Shown here: piece by piece, positions 8,377-18,760 of the stretch
Numbering within the stretch: the first letter of the stretch is position 1
Layout: every line of letters starts with the position of its first letter
From: Escherichia phage T7
Length of the DNA: 38,457 nucleotides
Strand: one strand, 5' to 3'
Sequence record: MZ375235.1
The notes under the pieces: generated by a model
The model's database searches: none
Seen by the model: the letters and a program-made list of their open reading frames with translations, nothing else
Told to the model about the DNA's origin: nothing
Made by a program: the position numbers and the translations under genes

Positions 8377-8796
8377 GTGGAACTGCGGGAGAAAATCCTT
8401 GAGCGAATCAAGGTGACTTCCTCTGGGTGTTGGGAGTGGCAGGGCGCTACGAACAATAAAGGGTACGGGCAGGTGTGGTGCAGCAATACCGGAAAGGTTG
8501 TCTACTGTCATCGCGTAATGTCTAATGCTCCGAAAGGTTCTACCGTCCTGCACTCCTGTGATAATCCATTATGTTGTAACCCTGAACACCTATCCATAGG
8601 AACTCCAAAAGAGAACTCCACTGACATGGTAAATAAGGGTCGCTCACACAAGGGGTATAAACTTTCAGACGAAGACGTAATGGCAATCATGGAGTCCAGC
8701 GAGTCCAATGTATCCTTAGCTCGCACCTATGGTGTCTCCCAACAGACTATTTGTGATATACGCAAAGGGAGGCGACATGGCAGGTTACGGCGCTAA
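8377..8796 (+). CDS. 2.8: gp2.8, HNH-endonuclease-like protein
   Basis: ORF track 139 aa with GTG start; contains HxxxH...CDNPLCCNPEHL motif; paralogous to gp7.7. Confidence 0.85.
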   Translation: MELREKILERIKVTSSGCWEWQGATNNKGYGQVWCSNTGKVVYCHRVMSNAPKGSTVLHSCDNPLCCNPEHLSIGTPKENSTDMVNKGRSHKGYKLSDEDVMAIMESSESNVSLARTYGVSQQTICDIRKGRRHGRLRR

Positions 8797-9226
8797 AGGA
8801 ATCCGAAAGGTTGGAGCGTTTCGCTCTGGCCTAGAGGACAAGGTTTCAAAGCAGTTGGAATCAAAAGGTATTAAATTCGAGTATGAAGAGTGGAAAGTGC
8901 CTTATGTAATTCCGGCGAGCAATCACACTTACACTCCAGACTTCTTACTTCCAAACGGTATATTCGTTGAGACAAAGGGTCTGTGGGAAAGCGATGATAG
9001 AAAGAAGCACTTATTAATTAGGGAGCAGCACCCCGAGCTAGACATCCGTATTGTCTTCTCAAGCTCACGTACTAAGTTATACAAAGGTTCTCCAACGTCT
9101 TATGGAGAGTTCTGCGAAAAGCATGGTATTAAGTTCGCTGATAAACTGATACCTGCTGAGTGGATAAAGGAACCCAAGAAGGAGGTCCCCTTTGATAGAT
9201 TAAAAAGGAAAGGAGGAAAGAAATAA
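8777..9226 (+). CDS. 3: Endonuclease I (Holliday junction resolvase)
   Basis: In ORF track frame 8729..9226; start MAGYGAKGIRK at 8777; 149 aa. Confidence 0.95.
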   Translation: MAGYGAKGIRKVGAFRSGLEDKVSKQLESKGIKFEYEEWKVPYVIPASNHTYTPDFLLPNGIFVETKGLWESDDRKKHLLIREQHPELDIRIVFSSSRTKLYKGSPTSYGEFCEKHGIKFADKLIPAEWIKEPKKEVPFDRLKRKGGKK

Positions 9227-9681
9227 TGGCTCGTGTACAGTTTAAACAACGTGAATCTACTGACGCAATCTTTGTTCACTGCTCGGCTACCAAGCCAAGT
9301 CAGAATGTTGGTGTCCGTGAGATTCGCCAGTGGCACAAAGAGCAGGGTTGGCTCGATGTGGGATACCACTTTATCATCAAGCGAGACGGTACTGTGGAGG
9401 CAGGACGAGATGAGATGGCTGTAGGCTCTCACGCTAAGGGTTACAACCACAACTCTATCGGCGTCTGCCTTGTTGGTGGTATCGACGATAAAGGTAAGTT
9501 CGACGCTAACTTTACGCCAGCCCAAATGCAATCCCTTCGCTCACTGCTTGTCACACTGCTGGCTAAGTACGAAGGCGCTGTGCTTCGCGCCCATCATGAG
9601 GTGGCGCCGAAGGCTTGCCCTTCGTTCGACCTTAAGCGTTGGTGGGAGAAGAACGAACTGGTCACTTCTGACCGTGGATAA
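9226..9681 (+). CDS. 3.5: T7 lysozyme (N-acetylmuramoyl-L-alanine amidase; inhibitor of T7 RNAP)
   Basis: ORF track 151 aa MARVQFKQRESTDAIFVHCSATKPSQNVGVREIRQWH... Confidence 0.97.
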   Translation: MARVQFKQRESTDAIFVHCSATKPSQNVGVREIRQWHKEQGWLDVGYHFIIKRDGTVEAGRDEMAVGSHAKGYNHNSIGVCLVGGIDDKGKFDANFTPAQMQSLRSLLVTLLAKYEGAVLRAHHEVAPKACPSFDLKRWWEKNELVTSDRG

Positions 9682-9682
9682 T

Positions 9683-9705
9683 TAATTGAACTCACTAAAG
9701 GGAGA
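9683..9705 (+). promoter_or_regulatory. T7 RNAP promoter phi3.8
   Basis: taattaattgaactcactaaagggagacc; +1 at 9700. Confidence 0.85.
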
Positions 9706-9740
9706 CCACAGCGGTTTCCCTTTGTTCGCATTGGAGGTCA
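9702..9740 (+). promoter_or_regulatory. RNase III processing site R3.8 (approximate)
   Basis: Reference 11203 minus 1480; gagaccacagcggtttccctttgttcgc between phi3.8 and gene 3.8. Confidence 0.4.
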
Positions 9741-9744
9741 AATA

Positions 9745-11843
<2,099 letters not shown>

Positions 11844-11846
<3 letters not shown>

Positions 11847-11866
11847 TACGACTCACTAAAGGAGAC
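11844..11866 (+). promoter_or_regulatory. T7 RNAP promoter phi4.3
   Basis: ctaatacgactcactaaaggagac; +1 at 11861. Confidence 0.9.
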
Positions 11867-11871
11867 ACACC

Positions 11872-12084
11872 ATGTTCAAACTGATTAAGAAGTTAGGCCA
11901 ACTGCTGGTTCGTATGTACAACGTGGAAGCCAAGCGACTGAACGATGAGGCTCGTAAAGAGGCCACACAGTCACGCGCTCTGGCGATTCGCTCCAACGAA
12001 CTGGCTGACAGTGCATCCACTAAAGTTACCGAGGCTGCCCGTGTGGCAAACCAAGCTCAACAGCTTTCCAAATTCTTTGAGTAA
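11872..12084 (+). CDS. 4.3: gp4.3, unknown function
   Basis: ORF track 70 aa. Confidence 0.88.
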   Translation: MFKLIKKLGQLLVRMYNVEAKRLNDEARKEATQSRALAIRSNELADSASTKVTEAARVANQAQQLSKFFE

Positions 12085-12103
12085 TCAAACAGGAGAAACC
12101 ATT

Positions 12104-12373
12104 ATGTCTAACGTAGCTGAAACTATCCGTCTATCCGATACAGCTGACCAGTGGAACCGTCGAGTCCACATCAACGTTCGCAACGGTAAGGCGACTATGG
12201 TTTACCGCTGGAAGGACTCTAAGTCCTCTAAGAATCACACTCAGCGTATGACGTTGACAGATGAGCAAGCACTGCGTCTGGTCAATGCGCTTACCAAAGC
12301 TGCCGTGACAGCAATTCATGAAGCTGGTCGCGTCAATGAAGCTATGGCTATCCTCGACAAGATTGATAACTAA
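12104..12373 (+). CDS. 4.5: gp4.5, unknown function
   Basis: In ORF track frame 11945..12373; start MSNVAETIRLSD at 12104 preceded by RBS aggaga; 89 aa. Confidence 0.88.
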   Translation: MSNVAETIRLSDTADQWNRRVHINVRNGKATMVYRWKDSKSSKNHTQRMTLTDEQALRLVNALTKAAVTAIHEAGRVNEAMAILDKIDN

Positions 12374-12374
12374 G

Positions 12375-12420
12375 AGTGGTATCCTCAAGGTCGCCAAAGT
12401 GGTGGCCTTCATGAATACTA
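12375..12420 (+). promoter_or_regulatory. RNase III processing site R4.7 (approximate)
   Basis: Reference 13892 minus 1480; gagtggtatcctcaaggtcgccaaagtggtggccttcatg has inverted-repeat character. Confidence 0.45.
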
Positions 12421-12440
12421 TTCGACTCACTATAGGAGAT
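12418..12440 (+). promoter_or_regulatory. T7 RNAP promoter phi4.7
   Basis: ctattcgactcactataggagat; +1 at 12435. Confidence 0.9.
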
Positions 12441-12446
12441 ATTACC

Positions 12447-12854
12447 ATGCGTGACCCTAAAGTTATCCAAGCAGAAATCGCTAAACTGGAAGCTGAACTG
12501 GAGGACGTTAAGTACCATGAAGCTAAGACTCGCTCCGCTGTTCACATCTTGAAGAACTTAGGCTGGACTTGGACAAGACAGACTGGCTGGAAGAAACCAG
12601 AAGTTACCAAGCTGAGTCATAAGGTGTTCGATAAGGACACTATGACCCACATCAAGGCTGGTGATTGGGTTAAGGTTGACATGGGAGTTGTTGGTGGATA
12701 CGGCTACGTCCGCTCAGTTAGTGGCAAATATGCACAAGTGTCATACATCACAGGTGTTACTCCACGCGGTGCAATCGTTGCCGATAAGACCAACATGATT
12801 CACACAGGTTTCTTGACAGTTGTTTCATATGAAGAGATTGTTAAGTCACGATAA
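12447..12854 (+). CDS. 4.7: gp4.7, unknown function
   Basis: In ORF track frame 12318..12854; start MRDPKVIQAEI at 12447; 135 aa. Confidence 0.88.
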   Translation: MRDPKVIQAEIAKLEAELEDVKYHEAKTRSAVHILKNLGWTWTRQTGWKKPEVTKLSHKVFDKDTMTHIKAGDWVKVDMGVVGGYGYVRSVSGKYAQVSYITGVTPRGAIVADKTNMIHTGFLTVVSYEEIVKSR

Positions 12855-12872
12855 TCAATAGGAGAAATCAAT

Positions 12873-14987
12873 ATGATCGTTTCTGACATCGAAGCTAACG
12901 CCCTCTTAGAGAGCGTCACTAAGTTCCACTGCGGGGTTATCTACGACTACTCCACCGCTGAGTACGTAAGCTACCGTCCGAGTGACTTCGGTGCGTATCT
13001 GGATGCGCTGGAAGCCGAGGTTGCACGAGGCGGTCTTATTGTGTTCCACAACGGTCACAAGTATGACGTTCCTGCATTGACCAAACTGGCAAAGTTGCAA
13101 TTGAACCGAGAGTTCCACCTTCCTCGTGAGAACTGTATTGACACCCTTGTGTTGTCACGTTTGATTCATTCCAACCTCAAGGACACCGATATGGGTCTTC
13201 TGCGTTCCGGCAAGTTGCCCGGAAAACGCTTTGGGTCTCACGCTTTGGAGGCGTGGGGTTATCGCTTAGGCGAGATGAAGGGTGAATACAAAGACGACTT
13301 TAAGCGTATGCTTGAAGAGCAGGGTGAAGAATACGTTGACGGAATGGAGTGGTGGAACTTCAACGAAGAGATGATGGACTATAACGTTCAGGACGTTGTG
13401 GTAACTAAAGCTCTCCTTGAGAAGCTACTCTCTGACAAACATTACTTCCCTCCTGAGATTGACTTTACGGACGTAGGATACACTACGTTCTGGTCAGAAT
13501 CCCTTGAGGCCGTTGACATTGAACATCGTGCTGCATGGCTGCTCGCTAAACAAGAGCGCAACGGGTTCCCGTTTGACACAAAAGCAATCGAAGAGTTGTA
13601 CGTAGAGTTAGCTGCTCGCCGCTCTGAGTTGCTCCGTAAATTGACCGAAACGTTCGGCTCGTGGTATCAGCCTAAAGGTGGCACTGAGATGTTCTGCCAT
13701 CCGCGAACAGGTAAGCCACTACCTAAATACCCTCGCATTAAGACACCTAAAGTTGGTGGTATCTTTAAGAAGCCTAAGAACAAGGCACAGCGAGAAGGCC
13801 GTGAGCCTTGCGAACTTGATACCCGCGAGTACGTTGCTGGTGCTCCTTACACCCCAGTTGAACATGTTGTGTTTAACCCTTCGTCTCGTGACCACATTCA
13901 GAAGAAACTCCAAGAGGCTGGGTGGGTCCCGACCAAGTACACCGATAAGGGTGCTCCTGTGGTGGACGATGAGGTACTCGAAGGAGTACGTGTAGATGAC
14001 CCTGAGAAGCAAGCCGCTATCGACCTCATTAAAGAGTACTTGATGATTCAGAAGCGAATCGGACAGTCTGCTGAGGGAGACAAAGCATGGCTTCGTTATG
14101 TTGCTGAGGATGGTAAGATTCATGGTTCTGTTAACCCTAATGGAGCAGTTACGGGTCGTGCGACCCATGCGTTCCCAAACCTTGCGCAAATTCCGGGTGT
14201 ACGTTCTCCTTATGGAGAGCAGTGTCGCGCTGCTTTTGGCGCTGAGCACCATTTGGATGGGATAACTGGTAAGCCTTGGGTTCAGGCTGGCATCGACGCA
14301 TCCGGTCTTGAGCTACGCTGCTTGGCTCACTTCATGGCTCGCTTTGATAACGGCGAGTACGCTCACGAGATTCTTAACGGCGACATCCACACTAAGAACC
14401 AGATAGCTGCTGAACTACCTACCCGAGATAACGCTAAGACGTTCATCTATGGGTTCCTCTATGGTGCTGGTGATGAGAAGATTGGACAGATTGTTGGTGC
14501 TGGTAAAGAGCGCGGTAAGGAACTCAAGAAGAAATTCCTTGAGAACACCCCCGCGATTGCAGCACTCCGCGAGTCTATCCAACAGACACTTGTCGAGTCC
14601 TCTCAATGGGTAGCTGGTGAGCAACAAGTCAAGTGGAAACGCCGCTGGATTAAAGGTCTGGATGGTCGTAAGGTACACGTTCGTAGTCCTCACGCTGCCT
14701 TGAATACCCTACTGCAATCTGCTGGTGCTCTCATCTGCAAACTGTGGATTATCAAGACCGAAGAGATGCTCGTAGAGAAAGGCTTGAAGCATGGCTGGGA
14801 TGGGGACTTTGCGTACATGGCATGGGTACATGATGAAATCCAAGTAGGCTGCCGTACCGAAGAGATTGCTCAGGTGGTCATTGAGACCGCACAAGAAGCG
14901 ATGCGCTGGGTTGGAGACCACTGGAACTTCCGGTGTCTTCTGGATACCGAAGGTAAGATGGGTCCTAATTGGGCGATTTGCCACTGA
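12873..14987 (+). CDS. 5: T7 DNA polymerase (family A; 3'-5' exonuclease + polymerase, thioredoxin-binding)
   Basis: ORF track 704 aa [13 protein letters not shown]...; exonuclease motif DIEANAL at N-terminus. Confidence 0.99.
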   Translation: MIVSDIEANALLESVTKFHCGVIYDYSTAEYVSYRPSDFGAYLDALEAEVARGGLIVFHNGHKYDVPALTKLAKLQLNREFHLPRENCIDTLVLSRLIHSNLKDTDMGLLRSGKLPGKRFGSHALEAWGYRLGEMKGEYKDDFKRMLEEQGEEYVDGMEWWNFNEEMMDYNVQDVVVTKALLEKLLSDKHYFPPEIDFTDVGYTTFWSESLEAVDIEHRAAWLLAKQERNGFPFDTKAIEELYVELAARRSELLRKLTETFGSWYQPKGGTEMFCHPRTGKPLPKYPRIKTPKVGGIFKKPKNKAQREGREPCELDTREYVAGAPYTPVEHVVFNPSSRDHIQKKLQEAGWVPTKYTDKGAPVVDDEVLEGVRVDDPEKQAAIDLIKEYLMIQKRIGQSAEGDKAWLRYVAEDGKIHGSVNPNGAVTGRATHAFPNLAQIPGVRSPYGEQCRAAFGAEHHLDGITGKPWVQAGIDASGLELRCLAHFMARFDNGEYAHEILNGDIHTKNQIAAELPTRDNAKTFIYGFLYGAGDEKIGQIVGAGKERGKELKKKFLENTPAIAALRESIQQTLVESSQWVAGEQQVKWKRRWIKGLDGRKVHVRSPHAALNTLLQSAGALICKLWIIKTEEMLVEKGLKHGWDGDFAYMAWVHDEIQVGCRTEEIAQVVIETAQEAMRWVGDHWNFRCLLDTEGKMGPNWAICH

Positions 14988-15002
14988 TACAGGAGGCTAC
15001 TC

Positions 15003-15359
15003 ATGAACGAAAGACACTTAACAGGTGCTGCTTCTGAAATGCTAGTAGCCTACAAATTTACCAAAGCTGGGTACACTGTCTATTACCCTATGCTGACTCA
15101 GAGTAAAGAGGACTTGGTTGTATGTAAGGATGGTAAATTTAGTAAGGTTCAGGTTAAAACAGCCACAACGGTTCAAACCAACACAGGAGATGCCAAGCAG
15201 GTTAGGCTAGGTGGATGCGGTAGGTCCGAATATAAGGATGGAGACTTTGACATTCTTGCGGTTGTGGTTGACGAAGATGTGCTTATTTTCACATGGGACG
15301 AAGTAAAAGGTAAGACATCCATGTGTGTCGGCAAGAGAAACAAAGGCATAAAACTATAG
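15003..15359 (+). CDS. 5.3: gp5.3, unknown function (possible nuclease-like fold)
   Basis: ORF track 118 aa. Confidence 0.85.
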   Translation: MNERHLTGAASEMLVAYKFTKAGYTVYYPMLTQSKEDLVVCKDGKFSKVQVKTATTVQTNTGDAKQVRLGGCGRSEYKDGDFDILAVVVDEDVLIFTWDEVKGKTSMCVGKRNKGIKL

Positions 15360-15370
15360 GAGAAATTATT

Positions 15371-15670
15371 ATGGCTATGACAAAGAAATTTAAAGTGTCC
15401 TTCGACGTTACCGCAAAGATGTCGTCTGACGTTCAGGCAATCTTAGAGAAAGATATGCTGCATCTATGTAAGCAGGTCGGCTCAGGTGCGATTGTCCCCA
15501 ATGGTAAACAGAAGGAAATGATTGTCCAGTTCCTGACACACGGTATGGAAGGATTGATGACATTCGTAGTACGTACATCATTTCGTGAGGCCATTAAGGA
15601 CATGCACGAAGAGTATGCAGATAAGGACTCTTTCAAACAATCTCCTGCAACAGTACGGGAGGTGTTCTGA
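15371..15670 (+). CDS. 5.5: gp5.5 (binds host H-NS)
   Basis: In ORF track frame 15323..15670; start MAMTKKFKVSFDV at 15371; 99 aa. Confidence 0.88.
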   Translation: MAMTKKFKVSFDVTAKMSSDVQAILEKDMLHLCKQVGSGAIVPNGKQKEMIVQFLTHGMEGLMTFVVRTSFREAIKDMHEEYADKDSFKQSPATVREVF

Positions 15671-15879
15671 TGTCTGACTACCTGAAAGTGCTGCAAGCAA
15701 TCAAAAGTTGCCCTAAGACTTTCCAGTCCAACTATGTACGGAACAATGCGAGCCTCGTAGCGGAGGCCGCTTCCCGTGGTCACATCTCGTGCCTGACTAC
15801 TAGTGGACGTAACGGTGGCGCTTGGGAAATCACTGCTTCCGGTACTCGCTTTCTGAAACGAATGGGAGGATGTGTCTAA
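15670..15879 (+). CDS. 5.7: gp5.7 (reported inhibitor of host sigma-S RNA polymerase)
   Basis: ORF track 69 aa; start overlaps 5.5 stop. Confidence 0.88.
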   Translation: MSDYLKVLQAIKSCPKTFQSNYVRNNASLVAEAASRGHISCLTTSGRNGGAWEITASGTRFLKRMGGCV

Positions 15880-16037
15880 TGTCTCGTGACCTTGTGACTA
15901 TTCCACGCGATGTGTGGAACGATATACAGGGCTACATCGACTCTCTGGAACGTGAGAACGATAGCCTTAAGAATCAACTAATGGAAGCTGACGAATACGT
16001 AGCGGAACTAGAGGAGAAACTTAATGGCACTTCTTGA
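15879..16037 (+). CDS. 5.9: gp5.9, inhibitor of host RecBCD nuclease
   Basis: ATG at 15879 (MSRDLVTIPRDVWNDIQGYIDSLERENDSLKNQLMEADEYVAELEEKLNGTS); acidic 52 aa. Confidence 0.9.
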   Translation: MSRDLVTIPRDVWNDIQGYIDSLERENDSLKNQLMEADEYVAELEEKLNGTS

Positions 16038-16926
16038 CCTTAAACAATTCTATGAGTTACGTGAAGGCTGCGACGACAAGGGTATCCTTGTGATGGACGG
16101 CGACTGGCTGGTCTTCCAAGCTATGAGTGCTGCTGAGTTTGATGCCTCTTGGGAGGAAGAGATTTGGCACCGATGCTGTGACCACGCTAAGGCCCGTCAG
16201 ATTCTTGAGGATTCCATTAAGTCCTACGAGACCCGTAAGAAGGCTTGGGCAGGTGCTCCAATTGTCCTTGCGTTCACCGATAGTGTTAACTGGCGTAAAG
16301 AACTGGTTGACCCGAACTATAAGGCTAACCGTAAGGCCGTGAAGAAACCTGTAGGGTACTTTGAGTTCCTTGATGCTCTCTTTGAGCGCGAAGAGTTCTA
16401 TTGCATCCGTGAGCCTATGCTTGAGGGTGATGACGTTATGGGAGTTATTGCTTCCAATCCGTCTGCCTTCGGTGCTCGTAAGGCTGTAATCATCTCTTGC
16501 GATAAGGACTTTAAGACCATCCCTAACTGTGACTTCCTGTGGTGTACCACTGGTAACATCCTGACTCAGACCGAAGAGTCCGCTGACTGGTGGCACCTCT
16601 TCCAGACCATCAAGGGTGACATCACTGATGGTTACTCAGGGATTGCTGGATGGGGTGATACCGCCGAGGACTTCTTGAATAACCCGTTCATAACCGAGCC
16701 TAAAACGTCTGTGCTTAAGTCCGGTAAGAACAAAGGCCAAGAGGTTACTAAATGGGTTAAACGCGACCCTGAGCCTCATGAGACGCTTTGGGACTGCATT
16801 AAGTCCATTGGCGCGAAGGCTGGTATGACCGAAGAGGATATTATCAAGCAGGGCCAAATGGCTCGAATCCTACGGTTCAACGAGTACAACTTTATTGACA
16901 AGGAGATTTACCTGTGGAGACCGTAG
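16024..16926 (+). CDS. 6: 5'-3' exonuclease gp6
   Basis: ORF track 300 aa. Confidence 0.97.
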   Translation: MALLDLKQFYELREGCDDKGILVMDGDWLVFQAMSAAEFDASWEEEIWHRCCDHAKARQILEDSIKSYETRKKAWAGAPIVLAFTDSVNWRKELVDPNYKANRKAVKKPVGYFEFLDALFEREEFYCIREPMLEGDDVMGVIASNPSAFGARKAVIISCDKDFKTIPNCDFLWCTTGNILTQTEESADWWHLFQTIKGDITDGYSGIAGWGDTAEDFLNNPFITEPKTSVLKSGKNKGQEVTKWVKRDPEPHETLWDCIKSIGAKAGMTEEDIIKQGQMARILRFNEYNFIDKEIYLWRP

Positions 16927-17027
16927 CGTATATTGGTCTGGGTCTTTGTGTTCTCGGAGTGTGCCTCATTTCGTGGGGCCTTTGGGACTTAGCCAGAATA
17001 ATCAAGTCGTTACACGACACTAAGTGA
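16914..17027 (+). CDS. 6.3: gp6.3, small hydrophobic protein
   Basis: GTG start at 16914 (VETVAYIGLGLCVLGVCLISWGLWDLARIIKSLHDTK), 37 aa; reference 18394-18507 minus 1480. Confidence 0.7.
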   Translation: METVAYIGLGLCVLGVCLISWGLWDLARIIKSLHDTK

Positions 17028-17047
17028 TAAACTCAAGGTCCCTAAAT

Positions 17048-17070
17048 TAATACGACTCACTATAGGGAGA
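17048..17070 (+). promoter_or_regulatory. T7 RNAP class III promoter phi6.5
   Basis: Perfect consensus taatacgactcactatagggaga; +1 at 17065. Confidence 0.95.
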
Positions 17071-17105
17071 TAGGGGCCTTTACGATTATTACTTTAAGAT
17101 TTAAC
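17066..17105 (+). promoter_or_regulatory. RNase III processing site R6.5 (approximate)
   Basis: Reference 18563 minus 1480; gggagataggggcctttacgattattactttaag. Confidence 0.4.
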
Positions 17106-17124
17106 TCTAAGAGGAATCTTTATT

Positions 17125-17379
17125 ATGTTAACACCTATTAACCAATTACTTAAGAACCCTAACGATATTCCAGATGTACCTCGTGCAACCGCTGAGTATC
17201 TACAGGTTCGATTCAACTATGCGTACCTCGAAGCGTCTGGTCATATAGGACTTATGCGTGCTAATGGTTGTAGTGAGGCCCACATCTTGGGTTTCATTCA
17301 GGGCCTACAGTATGCCTCTAACGTCATTGACGAGATTGAGTTACGCAAGGAACAACTAAGAGATGATGGGGAGGATTGA
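17125..17379 (+). CDS. 6.5: gp6.5, unknown function
   Basis: ORF track 84 aa. Confidence 0.88.
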
Positions 17380-17383
17380 CACT

Positions 17384-17650
17384 ATGTGTTTCTCACCGAA
17401 AATTAAAACTCCGAAGATGGATACCAATCAGATTCGAGCCGTTGAGCCAGCGCCTCTGACCCAAGAAGTGTCAAGCGTGGAGTTCGGTGGGTCTTCTGAT
17501 GAGACGGATACCGAGGGCACCGAAGTGTCTGGACGCAAAGGCCTCAAGGTCGAACGTGATGATTCCGTAGCGAAGTCTAAAGCCAGCGGCAATGGCTCCG
17601 CTCGTATGAAATCTTCCATCCGTAAGTCCGCATTTGGAGGTAAGAAGTGA
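17384..17650 (+). CDS. 6.7: gp6.7, virion protein (head/ejected protein)
   Basis: In ORF track frame 17363..17650; start MCFSPKIKTPKMDTNQ at 17384; 88 aa. Confidence 0.88.
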   Translation: MCFSPKIKTPKMDTNQIRAVEPAPLTQEVSSVEFGGSSDETDTEGTEVSGRKGLKVERDDSVAKSKASGNGSARMKSSIRKSAFGGKK

Positions 17651-18051
17651 TGTCTGAGTTCACATGTGTGGAGGCTAAGAGTCGCTTCCGTGCAATCCGG
17701 TGGACTGTGGAACACCTTGGGTTGCCTAAAGGATTCGAAGGACACTTTGTGGGCTACAGCCTCTACGTAGACGAAGTGATGGACATGTCTGGTTGCCGTG
17801 AAGAGTACATTCTGGACTCTACCGGAAAACATGTAGCGTACTTCGCGTGGTGCGTAAGCTGTGACATTCACCACAAAGGAGACATTCTGGATGTAACGTC
17901 CGTTGTCATTAATCCTGAGGCAGACTCTAAGGGCTTACAGCGATTCCTAGCGAAACGCTTTAAGTACCTTGCGGAACTCCACGATTGCGATTGGGTGTCT
18001 CGTTGTAAGCATGAAGGCGAGACAATGCGTGTATACTTTAAGGAGGTATAA
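17650..18051 (+). CDS. 7: gp7, virion-associated protein (host-range related)
   Basis: In ORF track frame 17647..18051; second ATG at 17650; 133 aa. Confidence 0.85.
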   Translation: MSEFTCVEAKSRFRAIRWTVEHLGLPKGFEGHFVGYSLYVDEVMDMSGCREEYILDSTGKHVAYFAWCVSCDIHHKGDILDVTSVVINPEADSKGLQRFLAKRFKYLAELHDCDWVSRCKHEGETMRVYFKEV

Positions 18052-18054
18052 GTT

Positions 18055-18354
18055 ATGGGTAAGAAAGTTAAGAAGGCCGTGAAGAAAGTCACCAAGTCCG
18101 TTAAGAAAGTCGTTAAGGAAGGGGCTCGTCCGGTTAAACAGGTTGCTGGCGGTCTAGCTGGTCTGGCTGGTGGTACTGGTGAAGCACAGATGGTGGAAGT
18201 ACCACAAGCTGCCGCACAGATTGTTGACGTACCTGAGAAAGAGGTTTCCACTGAGGACGAAGCACAGACAGAAAGCGGACGCAAGAAAGCTCGTGCTGGC
18301 GGTAAGAAATCCTTGAGTGTAGCCCATAGCTCCGGTGGCGGTATCAACATTTAA
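18055..18354 (+). CDS. 7.3: gp7.3, Lys/Ala-rich tail-associated protein
   Basis: ORF track 99 aa MGKKVKKAVKKVTKSVKKVVKEGARPVKQ... Confidence 0.92.
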   Translation: MGKKVKKAVKKVTKSVKKVVKEGARPVKQVAGGLAGLAGGTGEAQMVEVPQAAAQIVDVPEKEVSTEDEAQTESGRKKARAGGKKSLSVAHSSGGGINI

Positions 18355-18367
18355 TCAGGAGGTTATC

Positions 18368-18760
18368 GTGGAAGACTGCATTGAATGGACCGGAGGTGTC
18401 AACTCTAAGGGTTATGGTCGTAAGTGGGTTAATGGTAAACTTGTGACTCCACATAGGCACATCTATGAGGAGACATATGGTCCAGTTCCAACAGGAATTG
18501 TGGTGATGCATATCTGCGATAACCCTAGGTGCTATAACATAAAGCACCTTACGCTTGGAACTCCAAAGGATAATTCCGAGGACATGGTTACCAAAGGTAG
18601 ACAGGCTAAAGGAGAGGAACTAAGCAAGAAACTTACAGAGTCAGACGTTCTCGCTATACGCTCTTCAACCTTAAGCCACCGCTCCTTAGGAGAACTGTAT
18701 GGAGTCAGTCAATCAACCATAACGCGAATACTACAGCGTAAGACATGGAGACACATTTAA
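18368..18760 (+). CDS. 7.7: gp7.7, HNH-endonuclease-like protein (paralog of gp2.8)
   Basis: In ORF track frame 18335..18760; GTG start at 18368; motif HICDNPRCYNIKHLTLGTPKDNSEDMVTKGR parallels gp2.8. Confidence 0.85.
   Translation: MEDCIEWTGGVNSKGYGRKWVNGKLVTPHRHIYEETYGPVPTGIVVMHICDNPRCYNIKHLTLGTPKDNSEDMVTKGRQAKGEELSKKLTESDVLAIRSSTLSHRSLGELYGVSQSTITRILQRKTWRHI

Noticed and set aside
8225-8416. Alternate-frame + strand ORFs overlapping known genes (e.g. 8225-8416, 9233-9424, 9470-9685, 16127-16342, 20168-20350)
   Set aside because: No ribosome-binding sites, they lie within highly expressed genes, and they do not correspond to annotated T7 genes. Treated as chance ORFs.
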